Of a stretch of DNA of 64,000 nucleotides, positions 33,194-57,727 are shown piece by piece. Under the pieces are notes generated by a model. It was given only the letters and a program-made list of their open reading frames with translations. It did not search any database and was not told the DNA's origin. How positions within the stretch are numbered: the stretch's first letter is position 1; each line of letters opens with the position of its first letter. This stretch comes from Amoebidium appalachense (lineage: Eukaryota; Protista; Ichthyosporea): contig CAVNZM010000008.1 of the NCBI GenBank assembly GCA_963693365.1, positions 8,064,818 through 8,128,817 on the forward strand. The letters are read 5' to 3'. Made by a program: the position numbers and the translations under genes.

Positions 33194-34610
33194 AGACACA
33201 AAAAAATGGGTGGGAGGGAGGGGGGGAGGGGGGGAGGGGGGGGGGGGTAATGGAAAAGAAAAAACGAAGGTGGTGGTGGTGAAGAAAAAAATAGGGGAAA
33301 GAGGGAAGAAAGAATGACGGCATGTTCTCCGCGATAGACCGAAAGCAAAAAATTAAAAAGAAAGAAAAAGGGGGAAACCAAAGAAAAGGGAAGGAATGGA
33401 AAAACCACTGACCCAGGTTGCTCCAGGCGGTAGCAAAGGTTGGCTGGGACTGTAGTGCCTCCATGTAACACCGCTTGGCCTCTGGGGGTGATAGCAGGGA
33501 GAGAATGAGAACAAGAATCGGGTGTCTTATTCATGGGCTATAAGGCTTTGCTTTCTTCCTTTGCAGTTTAAAACTTCTTTTGTTCTTTCCTGTGTGTGTA
33601 CCTATAACCATATCTTGCCAACTCCGACCCCTCCCCCTCCCTCCACTCTCTTCCCCTCCCCCCTCCCCCCCCCCCCCCCCCCCCCCGTCTCCCTCCTGGG
33701 CGCATGCGACAGACAGACAAAATGGAAATTTACACACCTTGCAAGCACCCCTGCGCTTTCAGCAAATTCCCCAAATCGCTCCGAATGGTCGGTACGTCTG
33801 GTCGGATCGCGAGCGCCTCCCGATAAGCCGTAATCGCGTGATCGTAATTTCCCTGATCCACCCAGACGGAGGCCAGGCCCGCGTACGCGTCGAAGAACTG
33901 GGGGGAAAGAGCGATGGCCTTGTTGTAGCATCCTACAGCGCGTTGGTAATTTCGCAATTCACGGTATGCGTTTCCCATGTTGGAATAGGCCTCGGGAAAG
34001 GACGGGTTGGATTTGATTGCTTGGCGGTTGAACTCGAGACACTGGGGAGAGGGAGGGAGGGAAGGAGGGGGAGGGGGGGGGGGGGTGAGGAAGGAGAGTT
34101 GGGGGGGGGGGGGGGGGGGTGAGGAAGGAGAGTTGGGGGGGGGGGGGGGGGAGAGGGGGGAGAAGGGGAGAGGGGGAAAGGGGGGAGGGGGGGGGGGGGG
34201 GGGGCTGTTAGTTTTTTGCTTTTTATCACATATTATGGGATATCCGATTTGAAGGGCTATAATTGTGTGGGTTGCTATTGCAATAACACTAAAAATGTAA
34301 TGCTGTTACCTTCATGGCGGGAAAAAGGTATGTGTGTGAAGTTCAACTGTTTATGAGGGTATTCCCCCTGAAGAGGGGGGGGGGGGGGGGGATTAGAATG
34401 CAGCGAAGTACACGTTCACGACAGTCAGAACAACGTATATTTTTCATGAGCACACACATACACAGAGCATGCATCACACGCAGCCACAGTACCTGAGCTT
34501 CGACATATTCACCTTGTATCCGGAACTCAACCCAAACAACAATGTCATTTTACTTCAGTGAGATCACATGTCTTGAGCTTCTCCTTTTTTCAGGGGTTTT
34601 TTTTTTTTTT

Positions 34611-34652
<42 letters not shown>

Positions 34653-35316
34653 CAAAGTAAAATGAACTTCAATAGGTCCACATGCCTTTAGTCTTTTTTT
34701 TTTTTTTTTTTTGGGGGGGGGGGGGGGGGTTTCAAAGCGAAAATACGCACGTCACTGTACAGCCTTCTGTTGTAAGCGATAGCACCCATCAGCAGGAGGG
34801 TCTCCGAGTGGCCGGGGGCCAACTGCAGTGTCTGGCTGCACAGCGCATGCGCACCGTCCAGGTCATCCCGCTGATACAGCACGTGGGCCTGCCGAAGAAG
34901 CTCCAGTACCTGAAATTTCAAAAGAAAAGGGGGGTTTGGGGGTGCGGTTTTCAGAGAGAAGAAAAGGGGGCCGGGGATGGGGGAGAAGGGGAGAAGGGGG
35001 GGGGGGGGGGGGGGGGAGGGGAAGGGGGCAAAGGGAAGGGGGGATTTGATAGAAGGCTGGATGGTGGGAAACGAGGGGAGGGTAGAGAGAAGGAGTGTGT
35101 TGCTTTTTCTTCTCCTTTTGAAATAGAGGAGAGGCCGTTGGGATGAGGGGAGGGAAGGGGGAAAGGAGGTGGGGGGGAGCCAAAGGGAGACGGGGAGGGG
35201 GGGGGGGGGTCAGTGAATGTGTGTGTACCCCCACGCGTGCGCTTGTGTGATGATGTGGTGTGGTGGATGGTGTGTGAGTGGCGTTGAAAGCTTTTCTATT
35301 TATTATTTTATTATTA

Positions 35317-35353
<37 letters not shown>

Positions 35354-35509
35354 GGGGGGGGGGGGGGGGGGGGGATGTGAAGAAAAAGGTCGGGGATGAA
35401 GAATGGGTCCCACCGGAAAGTTTGAAGTCAAGTTTTCCTATCAGAAAATGAAATGTGCGTTTCTGTGCTTTGGGTATTTAGTGTTGTTTTTCTATTTCCT
35501 TTTTTTTTT

Positions 35510-35553
<44 letters not shown>

Positions 35554-35859
35554 CAACCAAAAAAAATAAGGTACAACGTAACAAGTAGCGAAATATGTGA
35601 AAGTGAGAACAGATTGTGGGAAGAAATGCGAACAGGTAAACGGCCGGCAGAAATGGACAGAATAACTTGGTATTTCCGTGCTTTAAATGTCTGTGTGCCG
35701 CGTGTGCGGGTTTCCGTATGTGTGCCTAATACGTTGAATCTTTTTCTTCCCTGATGTTTATTACAATTTTATTCCTATTTTTTCCCCTTTTCTTCTTTTT
35801 CATCTTTATCATTATTTTTAATTTTAGTTTTTTATTTATTTAAAAATATTTATTTATTT

Positions 35860-35901
<42 letters not shown>

Positions 35902-36579
35902 GATGTGCGCATGCGTGTATGGTAAGGGCGGCAGGGCGGGGCCGAGGGGGGTGGGGGGGTAGGGGGGGGGGGTAGGCATTGAGAGAAGTGGAAGCCATAA
36001 TAACTCCCCCTACCCTTCCCCCTTCCCCCTCCCCCCTCCTCCCCTTCCCCTCCCCCCCCTCCCCCCGCCCCTCCCAAAAAAAAGAAAGAAGAAAGAAAAG
36101 AAAGAAAGAAAAAGACCAGTATGCACTAGAAAGATTCTTGAACAGAAACCGAATTCAAACAGGTTACCCTGCCACCAACATCACACACGATTTTCCACTT
36201 TAACCTCGTGTGTGTCTAGGAAAGAACACCCGAGGTTAGGGGAAGGCTGGGGGGGGGGGGGGGGGGGGGGACATGCCTGTGCACCGTTTGCTGGACCAAG
36301 TTCTCCCCATCCGTGGTCCTTAGCAATTCCTGGATCCCTCATAATCTCCAGATTGTACCTCCGGTTTTCTCCGCTCAACCCAACCGAGCCCCTCCTCCCC
36401 ACCGGGGCACCAGGAACGCCATAATACTCGTTCACATTCCCGTTCGAAAGGCCTCCCCTCCCTTGAAAATCACGGGTATTTTGACCTTGCCATCCACCAT
36501 TACACCCTCCGTTCACCTGGTGGAAAAGATTGCCCGGTGCGCTTCCGGCGTGCCTGTTTGACATCACCTGTGTGTCCAT
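16833..36579 (-). CDS. OGT: UDP-GlcNAc:peptide N-acetylglucosaminyltransferase (O-GlcNAc transferase, GT41) with N-terminal TPR repeats
   Basis: 25 phase-consistent exons: 36579-36277, 34909-34751, 34041-33738, 33481-33413, 32676-32561, 31946-31807, 31236-31167, 30438-30300, 29696-29551, 28806-28712, 28357-28315, 27879-27781, 27232-27086, 26487-26438, ~26110-26063, 25497-25413, 24081-24019, 23593-23486, 23048-22966, 22027-21847, 21172-21063, 20549-20498, 19423-19270, 18744-18575, 16970-16833. TPRs such as [10 protein letters not shown] and ADAYSNLGNALKD. Catalytic motifs [104 protein letters not shown]. Confidence 0.95.
17072..17410 (+). repeat. OGT-intronic dispersed repeat, long copy (subfamily 1)
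   Basis: Colinear and highly similar to 25009-25343 (ttgaatgcg...agtacgaagtacaca...gcagagcccatcctcag...cccgtcttgatcagagacgagcagggtt...ggagacgg.gcttct.ggaag). Confidence 0.9.
18060..18192 (+). repeat. OGT-intronic dispersed repeat, head copy (subfamily 2)
   Basis: Near-identical to 22372-22506 and 22824-22910 (gatgagaagcatggtgcaggacacatgcaaaggcaaacattcaagtatgca). Confidence 0.9.
19397..19745 (-). repeat. Three tandem ~115-120 bp units spanning the 3' splice site of OGT exon 23
   Basis: ttgaggtaca..gtgccgtgct...aaatatggaaa...ttattgtga repeated at 19397, 19517 and 19630. Confidence 0.9.
22372..22910 (+). repeat. OGT-intronic dispersed repeat: long copy 22372-22654 and head copy 22824-22910
   Basis: The first ~87 nt are identical between the two copies. 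The tail shares gagtttcgacc, caactcaga and cccgtcttgatca.agacgagcagggttgcttatgca with 17072-17410. Confidence 0.9.
25009..25343 (+). repeat. OGT-intronic dispersed repeat, long copy (subfamily 1)
   Basis: Colinear match to 17072-17410. More diverged copies at ~24572-24675, 27990-28098, 30639-30716, 31463-31562, 31720-31790, 32300-32340 and 34393-34576. Confidence 0.9.
29770..29875 (-). repeat. Decayed tandem duplicate of the acceptor and 5' half of OGT exon 9
   Basis: gccagtccgtgctggtccttgagcacac...aggttgctgtaagctgctggaaacagagggtgcacc..gagtgctgtgatttt matches 29620-29706. A third, more decayed copy lies at ~29910-29960. Confidence 0.85.
31241..31395 (+). repeat. (GCGT)n tetranucleotide microsatellite abutting the OGT exon 7 acceptor
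   Basis: Sense strand reads (ACGC)n ACACAG|G. Confidence 0.95.
32710..32926. mobile_element. Tc1/mariner-pogo (Tigger-like) MITE, 217 bp, in OGT intron 4
   Basis: 26-bp imperfect TIRs (left cagtcaccgcgcgttatagcacctcc; right reverse complement cagtcaccgctcgatatgacaccccc), flanked by TA at 32708-32709 and 32927-32928. No ORF. Confidence 0.85.
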
Positions 36580-39290
36580 CTTCCGGTCTTTCACTTTTTA
36601 CGCAAGAATTTGGCAACATCCGTACATGTCAAAACGACGAATCCACCCAACAGAATCAGTGCGCATGCGTCTGTTTTTTATTAATTGTGTAGTGCTGCCT
36701 TTTATCTGCTCAGCGACAAAGTGATTTATTGTGTAGGGAAGGGTTTTGAAGACTATTGTAAAAGAGCGTCAGATTGTTCCGGTAAATGTAGAGTGTGGAT
36801 CAGCGGGGAGATCACAGGAGGAAGAGGGGTCGAACGAATCTTTTGACAATCTAAAAATGTCCTGCATAAAAGCCTACACAGTTCTAAACTAACGCTAAAA
36901 TACAATCAGTACAAGCACCAGTATGTGGGCACCGAAAGCATTCCCTCCTTTTTTCCCACCTAGTCCTGAATCACTCACAAAATCTCCCTTCCCACATACC
37001 CTTATCTTTCGTGGCAACGTTCGTGAAAACTGAACCGAGTGGACACAGAGGATGATGTATGGGTGGTTAGTCTGTCCTATGCTGACGTCAGCATTTGGGC
37101 CCCTAGAGCCAGAAAGGAAGAATCTCCGGTGCGCTGGTTATTCAAAAAAGTTCCTTTTAGCTTCGTTTCCTTTGCCTCTTTTTATTGAATTTGATTCATT
37201 TACCACTCAAAATGCTAATAGAAGGCGAAAACCGCTGCCATCATGAAGCAATCATGACTTAAATGCTTTTCAATTGAGTGCCACATGAGCACGAAAAGTA
37301 CATCTAAGAGGATTCGTTTTAGACTTAGCAAGGACTCAGCGGGAGTAGTGTGGTTGTGATTGGACGAAACGTTCGCATGTTCTATTTCACCCAAAACTCT
37401 CACAAATGGGGTACCCTAACTGTTTGATATAAATCTGAACCTAAGAAAAAACTACAACAAGAAATGATAAAAGTATGGTTTTTCATTATAGGTAGCCAAG
37501 GCGAAAAATACATACTAAAATATTGAGGGGAGAAATACTAAAAAGAGAGTGGCACTCTGAAAACCCTCCTTTCTGGTTTGTGAGGCTTCATTTGATTATC
37601 CATGCACATGCAAATCGAAATTTCAAATCTTTAAGTTTAACAGGCCTCCGCCACTCCTGACTCCTCCCCTTCCTGTTCCCCCTTTTCCCCGCCATTTCCG
37701 TTTTTTTACTGGTATCCTTTTCAACATATGGCTGCAAGCACACGCCCTGGCAGTCTCCATGTTCGCCCATGATCATCATTGGCATAATTATTATAAGAAA
37801 ATATTCTACGCTTCTACGCGACCTATTGGCGGTGGGCTGCTGCAACTTCTTCAGCTACTTCTGCGCTGCGTGAGTGGAGGGGCGGCTACTTGGTCGTCGG
37901 GGAGCTTTCCAAGTGACTGCAAGTCCTTAGCCTCCAGTCGTATGGCAAGGACCGGGTTTGATTGCATGCATTCTGTAATTGTGTTTTTCTGTGTGTGCGG
38001 CCACAACTAGGCCACCTTATCAGAGAGCTAGATGCAGTTTCTCCGGGGTATCTAGGGACCGGGCCCGTTGGGATTGTTTTTTAGCTCAGATTTGGTCTGC
38101 ATTGCTCTTTTAGAGGCTGACTTGCTTGCTTTGCCTCGATAGGTTTTGAGGGGGGCCTGTTGGGAAGGAGCAGTAATGATGTCTTCTTGCGGAGTGTGGT
38201 CTGGTCAACATCGATGCATATGACTAGTTGGAGCAAACTAGTTTCACGCATACACGTACACTTAAGGTTTTGTCCGCTGGTGTCCTTTGTCACTTGTCTT
38301 GTTGCTTTATTTTTATTTCGTAGCTTTGGCTTTTTTAGTTCTATTGGTGGTTATGTAGCCTGTGGCTGCACGTTGCCTTCATCAACGGATCAATAAACCC
38401 GAGTCAAAAGAAAATTTACAGGCCGAAGAAAACACATCGACCCCAAAAAGCAAGGCTGGGGGGATTTTCCTGGCGGGAAAAAAGCCCGGGGGCCCCCTGC
38501 AGCTGCCAGGCTGGCCAGGCCCTTTTGCAGTCCGGGGCCACCACAGGCTGCCATCATCTATGTGGAGTGTCCGTGGCACTCGAGCTCAGGCGCCCCAACT
38601 ACTTCAAGGCCCCAATGGTAGGCTCGCATGTGTACATCGTGTGTGTGTGTGTGTGTGTGTGTATGCGTGTGTGCGTTTGTGCGTGTGTGCGTGTGTGTGT
38701 GTGTGTGTGACGTGTGTGTGTGCCTGACTTTCCTGATAATAATACACATTGTATACGACTCCAAGCTCTTTTCTTGATGTGTGTGTGTACGTGTTCATGT
38801 ATGCATATGCATGCTGGTGGTGTGTGTGTGCGCGTGTGCGCGTGCATGCGTGTGTGCATGTGTGCACGTGCGTGTGTGGACGGCTGTTGTTGGTGCTGTG
38901 TGATAGACGGTAGTTCCCTCGAGGGCCTGCAAAGGTCCTCCGGGAACAAAACGTGATAAAAAAGGTGTGTGTGTGTGGGGGGGGGGGGGGGGGGGGGGGG
39001 GAGGGAGGGAGGGGGCGGGGGGAAGGGGGGCCGGGGAGGTTGCCAGTGCGGGGGGGGGGGGGGGGGGTTTAAGTAGGGAAGGGGGCGGCTGCCACAGTAG
39101 AGGCCATATGCATGAGTGGAGTGTAGAGGCCATATGCATGAGTGGACTGCTATTTGTACGTGCGCGCGGGCCCCCGGGCCGGTATACGTGGGGTGAGGTG
39201 TTGCCAGGCCTGCGATTCAGCGTTTTTTTTTGTTTTGTTTTGTTTTTTTCGGGGTGGGTGTGTGTGTGACAGTGTACGTACGTATTATGT

Positions 39291-39337
<47 letters not shown>

Positions 39338-39641
39338 CTACCCGGTATAGTACGTTTACAGTGATCATGATGTACGAATTTACCGCGTTTTACCTCTTTC
39401 CCTCCGGGTATCTGCTACACTAGCTGGCAATGTGAACACTTTAGACTTTTTGTTGAATTCTGTTGGTCGCCACATTGAGTATTTATATGATTTTCACACA
39501 GTGTTCAGGTATCTCAGTATGCACTTGTTACTGGATAACTCGTGAAGTTTTTATTGTCTTCTCCGTATGCCGTGCATACTTGCATATCTTTCCGTTGAAT
39601 AAATCCAGTCAAAAGAAAAAAAAATTACCTTCAAATTAACC

Positions 39642-39672
<31 letters not shown>

Positions 39673-41189
39673 ACCCCCACCCACCCACCCACCCACCCAA
39701 AAAAAAAAAAAAAAAAAAAAAAAAAAGAAAGAAAAAGAAAAAGAAAAGAAATAAAGAAAAGAAAGGAAAGGAAGAAAGAAAGAAAGAAGAAAGAAAAGAG
39801 AACACGCGTACATATACCTAATTAGACCATGAAGCACACGCACCCCCCCCCCCCCCCCCCCCCCCTCCCCTCCCTCCAAAAAAAAAAAAAAAAAAAAAAG
39901 AAAGAGAAAGAAAGAAAGAAAAAAGAAAAGAGGAAAAAAAGAAGGGAAAAAAAAGAACACACACATATGTACCTGATTACATTGTGAAGCACACACTCGC
40001 ACGCACACGCGCACACGGCTGCACAAGGGTGCACATGCATGCATGCACACACACACACACACATACACCGTGACACACACACACACACACACACACACCG
40101 TGACACACACGTGCATTATGCACGTGTTCTGGTTCTGACTGTTTTCACGTGTCCAAACTGAGTCTCGACCAGTTCAGACATATCTGCCATTTTGCATTAT
40201 CTTTATAAAACGTGTCAACATGATTTTGAACCTACCAATGCCTAGTGTTAATTGTTCTCATCATAATCTTGCGCCCAATGAAATGAGCTGAATACTGCGA
40301 TTAGCCTCCGTGTCCGTCCGAGCATCAAATTCGCACCAAATACTTTCGATTGAGGGAACATTTCTTTCCGACAAATGACCAATTACTGCGATATGCCAAC
40401 ACGTCCGGCCAATAAAAAGGCCAACACGGCATGTGAACCATTAGCCACACACGTGTGAGTCCTGCCGAAACCAAGGAGTGTTTGTATTGAAACTGGTTAA
40501 CAACGGCACCTTCAGCTGACGGTGAGGCATAATGCTGTATGATGTGCATCTGTGTCAATTACAATTTGCCATGTGTATAGAATGATTATCAATCTATACT
40601 AGAGGAGATAGTGTATGATCAAATGTAACTCTATACTAGACGGGATATACTGGTATTATCTCTCTTGTTAACATGGGGGACAAACTAGTGTACACTTTAG
40701 CTCTGTGTGAATGCATATATATATATATGTACAGCTCGGTGCAAATGCATATATGTACAGCAATTTAAGTATTCTCGCGTTCAAAACCCCATGTCCAGAT
40801 ACGGTAACAGCTCAAACCTATAGCTACCCAAAGAAGCAAAGTGATATTCATACCTTAAGGGAAACTCATGGTTCGTACATCATTATTGTTTTAAAGTTCG
40901 ATTTGAATTTGAGCCATGCCACTGAATAGGTACCCACTAATATTATATGCGACAGTTTAAGGTCACACCCAATATCCAGATATGGTAACGATGGTGACTA
41001 CATTTAAAAACACCAAAAAAAGACAGAGAGCATCTACGAATGCCCACGATAAATTTTTGAGGAGTTCTCGTTCAACCTTAAACTCAGACATGCTCCCAAC
41101 AAAATAGTGTCCGCCGACTAAATCCAATCCCCTCCGCCATCAAAAAAACACAGAATATGCGCCCATATATCCAAATAAGGCAATTCCTC

Positions 41190-53059
<11,870 letters not shown>

Positions 53060-54415
53060 TTTCTACAATCAGGAAGAATTTGATTAGATAGTAAAAACGA
53101 AAGTCCTTTTTCACTGATTTTCTTCTGGTATAGATAGCTATCTATGAAGTTCCCTGACACCAACTACTTGGTATGAGAACAATGAAAGATGAGTAAAAAT
53201 ACTGAGGGAGAAAGCAGGTGGGGTGCTGGCGGTGGTGGTGGTGATCTGGTGTATGTTTCGGGCGATTGCACTTTGGTTTTTCCTTGATTTCGTTAGGTTT
53301 CGTTTTTTTATCGCGTCATGTGCTTGTTTTTTGTCTGTTTTTCACCTCAATATGGTAGTGAACGGTGCATCTACTTATTGGTTAAGCAAAAAAAACTACA
53401 AGATGAATGAAGTTAAAGGTTCAAACCTAACTTACGTGGCACGACACAAAGGTTAGAGGTTTTTTTGTCTCACAATTGTCAATATGTAAACGAAAATAAT
53501 AACAATGTTTACAGTGTCTCATTTCGCCATTCAAGACATAAGAACTATGTTTCTGTCGGTCTGCTTACTGATGTGAGTCTTTTTTTTTTTTTTTTTAACC
53601 CCAACACCGAGCTTTATGTCTCACGGTCTATTTGTTATTCCTAACTTTCTATTTTTTCTCTACTAGTAGGCCTCTTTATGTTTATCTACAAAGTTATATT
53701 AATAAGTCAAACCACCATAAAAGTCGTCGTCATTTTTTTTAATAGCTGGAACAGTTCTTGCCTAGAAACCGAAAAGACACATTGTGAGGGAAGCAAAAAC
53801 TGAAGTCACGTGATTTCGTTCAACGTCATCATTTTTCACGTGGATCAGCACTTGGTATCACACGTACATCACTGAGCTGAGCATCGGAACGTGGCTCAGT
53901 GGCTCAGTGGCTCATGCCCCCTAAAAGTTTTCTTTTGAACATGGTTCTGACATTAGAATATTCTGGAAAAATTGGTTCGTTCCCATTCGATCAGATTCTC
54001 ATGGGCTCTTCCATGCAGCAGAAGCTTGTTTCACACAACGAGTGTTCTGGTGCTTGGTTGGGACCCGGAGTGGCCTGTAAAGTGACCCCGGGCTCCCTGG
54101 GGGCAGCGCCGGGAGGAGGAGAATGTAACAAACGAGAGTCTCGGATTAGAACTTTGGGAAGGCATACCCAGGTCCGGCCTCCCAACGATATAGTGAATGA
54201 ATGTTGTATGCACGTAAATGTGAAAAAAATAAAAAATAATAAATAAATAATAATATAAAAAAAAGAAATAAAAAAAAAACTGCCTTAGAAACCAATGCTG
54301 GTGGTGTGGTGGCGGTGGTGGTGGTGGTAATTGTTGCTGTTGTTGTTCTGGTGGTGGTGGTTGTGGTGAGTGGGTGGGTGGGTAGGTGGGTGGGTAGGTG
54401 GGTGGGTGGGTGGGT

Positions 54416-54513
<98 letters not shown>

Positions 54514-55605
54514 GGGAGGGCCGGGGGAGGGGGGGACGGGCAGGGTTGCCCAGGCCACAGCGGCCGCCGTTTCGTGTATGATCCATCATGGTGTGCGCAC
54601 ACACGTCACGGTGTGCACACACTGAGCCGTGCAGGTCATCGTGCACGTGTACTTGTCCGACGCGGGTTCAAGCTTTCACTCGCATGCACTCAGGCAGTTG
54701 TGGGCCTTGACTGCAGGTCCTGCAGGAGTTAGTGCAAGAATCTCAAAGCAATAATTAGCATTTTCCCCCTTCTCCAGATAGGGAAAAGGTACTTATAATT
54801 CTGTAGGTACGTTTACACACATAAATTCATGGAGACGGGCAAACGCATATGCACGCATGGGAAGCAAAACAAATTCAACTAATATATACGTAGGGGTGTA
54901 TGTACGTAAGTGCACGTACGTGCACAGTACTACTATTAAATTTTATATTGTGTAGAATGCACTATCTATGTATTTGATAGTGGTGTGGTATACGTATTAT
55001 GTACGTATTGACACTGTGGTACTGATGATTGCGAACATCGACTTCTAGCCTGATATTCTAGAACTCTGTCACTGACTGGTGCCTTTTAGAATTCGAATTC
55101 GAGTTCTGATTCCAACTTTCTATCACTATTAAACGCGTGCGTTAATGATCAGCTGAGTTAAAGTTTGCGTGTCACAATGACAATTTGACACCGGCCATGT
55201 GCAATATTTCCTTAAGCTTGCAGATATAGGCCTACGGTATAAGGATATTTAAAAAAACCGTTTTACGTAGAGGGAGCCCTACGTGTACATACTTTGTAGG
55301 TAGCCCTACGTGTACATACTTTTAGACATATGCATGATTCCATGCACATATGATTGTAATAAAGGCTTCGCGAGCTATTTGCAATTATACAACAAAGACA
55401 TTCCGGCTGGCTAGTGATCCGGGTCACCAGGGCAGGTGATAGAAAAGCGTAGCAAACCCTCCTGATGTGATGCGTGGGCGACCAAGCCTTGTGCCTGTGA
55501 CACAGTGACAGTGACAACCGCCCGCGCAAATTCAAAACTCTACATCTGAACCAATCAAGCAATTGTTATCTAAATTAGTCAAAAATTAAAAAAGTCGTTA
55601 CAAAT

Positions 55606-56328
55606 CAGACCTGTGGCGGGCCGGGCCGGGCTGGGCTGGCTGGGCTGTGCAGCCCGGCCCATAGAGTCCTCGGGCGGCTGGACGGGCCCCCCCGTCATGA
55701 GCGGCCATTATGATTGGAATGCAAAGTCTATGTATGACCTGTGCGTTGATTGGTTAATAGTCTTCATCAAACATGATTGGAATGCAAAGTCCATATATGA
55801 CCTGTGCGTTGATTGGTTTATAGTCTTCATCAAATCCGAAGTCCGCTTGTGATGTCATACTTTATAGGTGGTTATAGACCGTCATAGTCGATGTGTAGGG
55901 TAACACACTTTACACTACGAACGAACTTCCGAGGGCGCGCAAGCCGCCTTCAAGTTGCAACCGTGCACGTGAGTACGTAACGGCCATGAACACACAGCAT
56001 CTTCGTTTTCACGTGGTTCCAAAGAACGCGGTTTCTTAGCAGCTTTTGTTTATACACGAGCAATATAGTGCAGGTCTAACTGTTACAGTTAAGCGCATTT
56101 GAAGCAAGTCATAATACAAACATACCAGACAGAAGGCGAGGGGAGAGACCCTCGGGAAGACCTCAATTTCTTTTACGCAAACGGTTTGCGACATCAATAT
56201 CTATACATAATAACACGGGTCCATATATGTGAATAGCGCCAGCCCGGCCCAGCCCGTCCGGAGCCCCTAAAAGTGGCGGGCCGAGCTGGCCGGCCCGGTC
56301 CGGCCCGTTTAGCCCTGCCACAGATCTG
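55606..56328. mobile_element. Non-autonomous hAT-type DNA transposon (MITE), 723 bp
   Basis: TIRs CAGA(C/T)CTGTGGC followed by GC-rich subterminal GGGCC/GGCCC repeats. Perfect 8-bp TSD TTACAAAT at 55598-55605 and 56329-56336. Internal ~63-bp tandem duplication at 55710-55834. No transposase ORF. Confidence 0.9.
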
Positions 56329-56422
56329 TTACAAATGTGCCAAATAAAGAAATCATTGGTTAAACGGGAACACTTTCTATCCCCACCAAGAATCCCAAAT
56401 TCACATTTTTGCACGAAGTCAA

Positions 56423-56620
56423 AAATGTCTGAATTGATTGGACAATTCCATTTATTAACTTATTCTTCGGCCGTCTGATTGGGCCACAATGGTTATGTGG
56501 CCAATCAGCGGCCTGGTACGGAGCCTCTGAGGCTTATGGGGTTTACACACTTTTGGGTATATAAGCCGACCTTAGATCGGTCGTCTATTAGCATATTCCC
56601 CGTCGCCTCCTCTCTCATCG
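56423..56620 (+). repeat. Direct repeat A1 (promoter-bearing)
   Basis: Near-identical to 59680-59853 apart from a ~25-nt indel region. Contains inverted CCAAT boxes in a hairpin (ggccgtctgattgggccaca...tgtggccaatcagcggcc) and GGGTATATAAG. Confidence 0.95.
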
Positions 56621-56688
56621 GAGGCAACGTTGGTGAGGCTCGTTCACGCTTTGTTTAGGGTAGGTCACCCTTTTACTAGGACTTCACC

Positions 56689-57420
56689 ATGAACGTTATT
56701 TTCGAGCAATATTCCGCCGAAGCGCGCACCCCCGGGCCCGTCACTGGGGATTCGGACACCCGCGAGTCACGCCCGCAGCGCCTTCGGCAGACCTGGGGGA
56801 TGCCGGACTGCCCGTTGCTCAAGTTCCCTAGACATGCCTTTGCCGAGCGGCACCCCAATCTGGCACCCATTTTACCATGGGTGACGGAGTACCCTATGCC
56901 CAACGGTCCCCGACGCATCCCAGCCGACCTACTGCCCTGGATCCCTTCCGAGGCCAACAAGCACGTGCTCGAGGAGATCGGGGTTACCATAGGGGCACTC
57001 TGCAGCCTCATCGATGCAATGCACAACGACTGCGCGTTCCAGCGTCGGCAGTTCCCCGGCGAAAACGGCGCCCCAGTGCCTGAACCCGCGGAGCAGTTCT
57101 ACCAACGACGCATTGCAGAACTCAAGGGTGCAATCGCCGATGTCGCTGTGTTCCTTTCCGACCGTGTGCACTACCAGTATCTCCGCGCCACAGAGGGTGC
57201 TGCCTTTGCCGAGCTGGCCCGCGCCCACATGGAGCGGGAGTATTACCCTGTTCTTTCTGAACACGCTGGGGCCGCGCAATGGGCGACGCAAGGAAGAAAG
57301 AGGCAGAGGTCAACCTCGCTACGCGGTACCGCCCGTGCGGGCACTGACCAAAATGACAACAAGATCGTGGTGAAGTCCAACACCGGCGCCAGCAGTGGGT
57401 CTGGCGCCGGCCGCAACTAA
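56689..57420 (+). CDS. ORF1 of the YR element, 243 aa, gag-like by position
   Basis: Intronless, ATG in ACCATG context ~130 nt after the A1 TATA box, GC-rich coding composition, likely helical core and basic C-terminal tail. No family motif firmly recognised. Confidence 0.65.
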   Translation: MNVIFEQYSAEARTPGPVTGDSDTRESRPQRLRQTWGMPDCPLLKFPRHAFAERHPNLAPILPWVTEYPMPNGPRRIPADLLPWIPSEANKHVLEEIGVTIGALCSLIDAMHNDCAFQRRQFPGENGAPVPEPAEQFYQRRIAELKGAIADVAVFLSDRVHYQYLRATEGAAFAELARAHMEREYYPVLSEHAGAAQWATQGRKRQRSTSLRGTARAGTDQNDNKIVVKSNTGASSGSGAGRN

Positions 57421-57684
57421 GTTTGCGGTTTCCGGCCCCTGTCGCGTAGGCAGCGGGCCTTACAAGGGGGCGTCAAGGGTGGGTGTCCACCCCAATGTGT
57501 GCTAGTTGGGTATTCAACTTGTACCCGGGGCCGGCGTCTACCGGCCCCACCCCGGTGCCAGCTCCCGCCGAGCCGGCTCCGGGCCCCGCAAGTGGTGGCG
57601 ACGTGCTTCCTCCCGCGCCTCAACCACCACCAGTGACATATACTAATCCGTCTCAGCAGATCAGCCTAAGTCTACGATCGAAAT

Positions 57685-57727
<43 letters not shown>

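Noticed and set aside
37588-38400. Short ORFs upstream of OGT
   Set aside because: Interrupted by stops and lacking any motif; cannot be supported as a gene.
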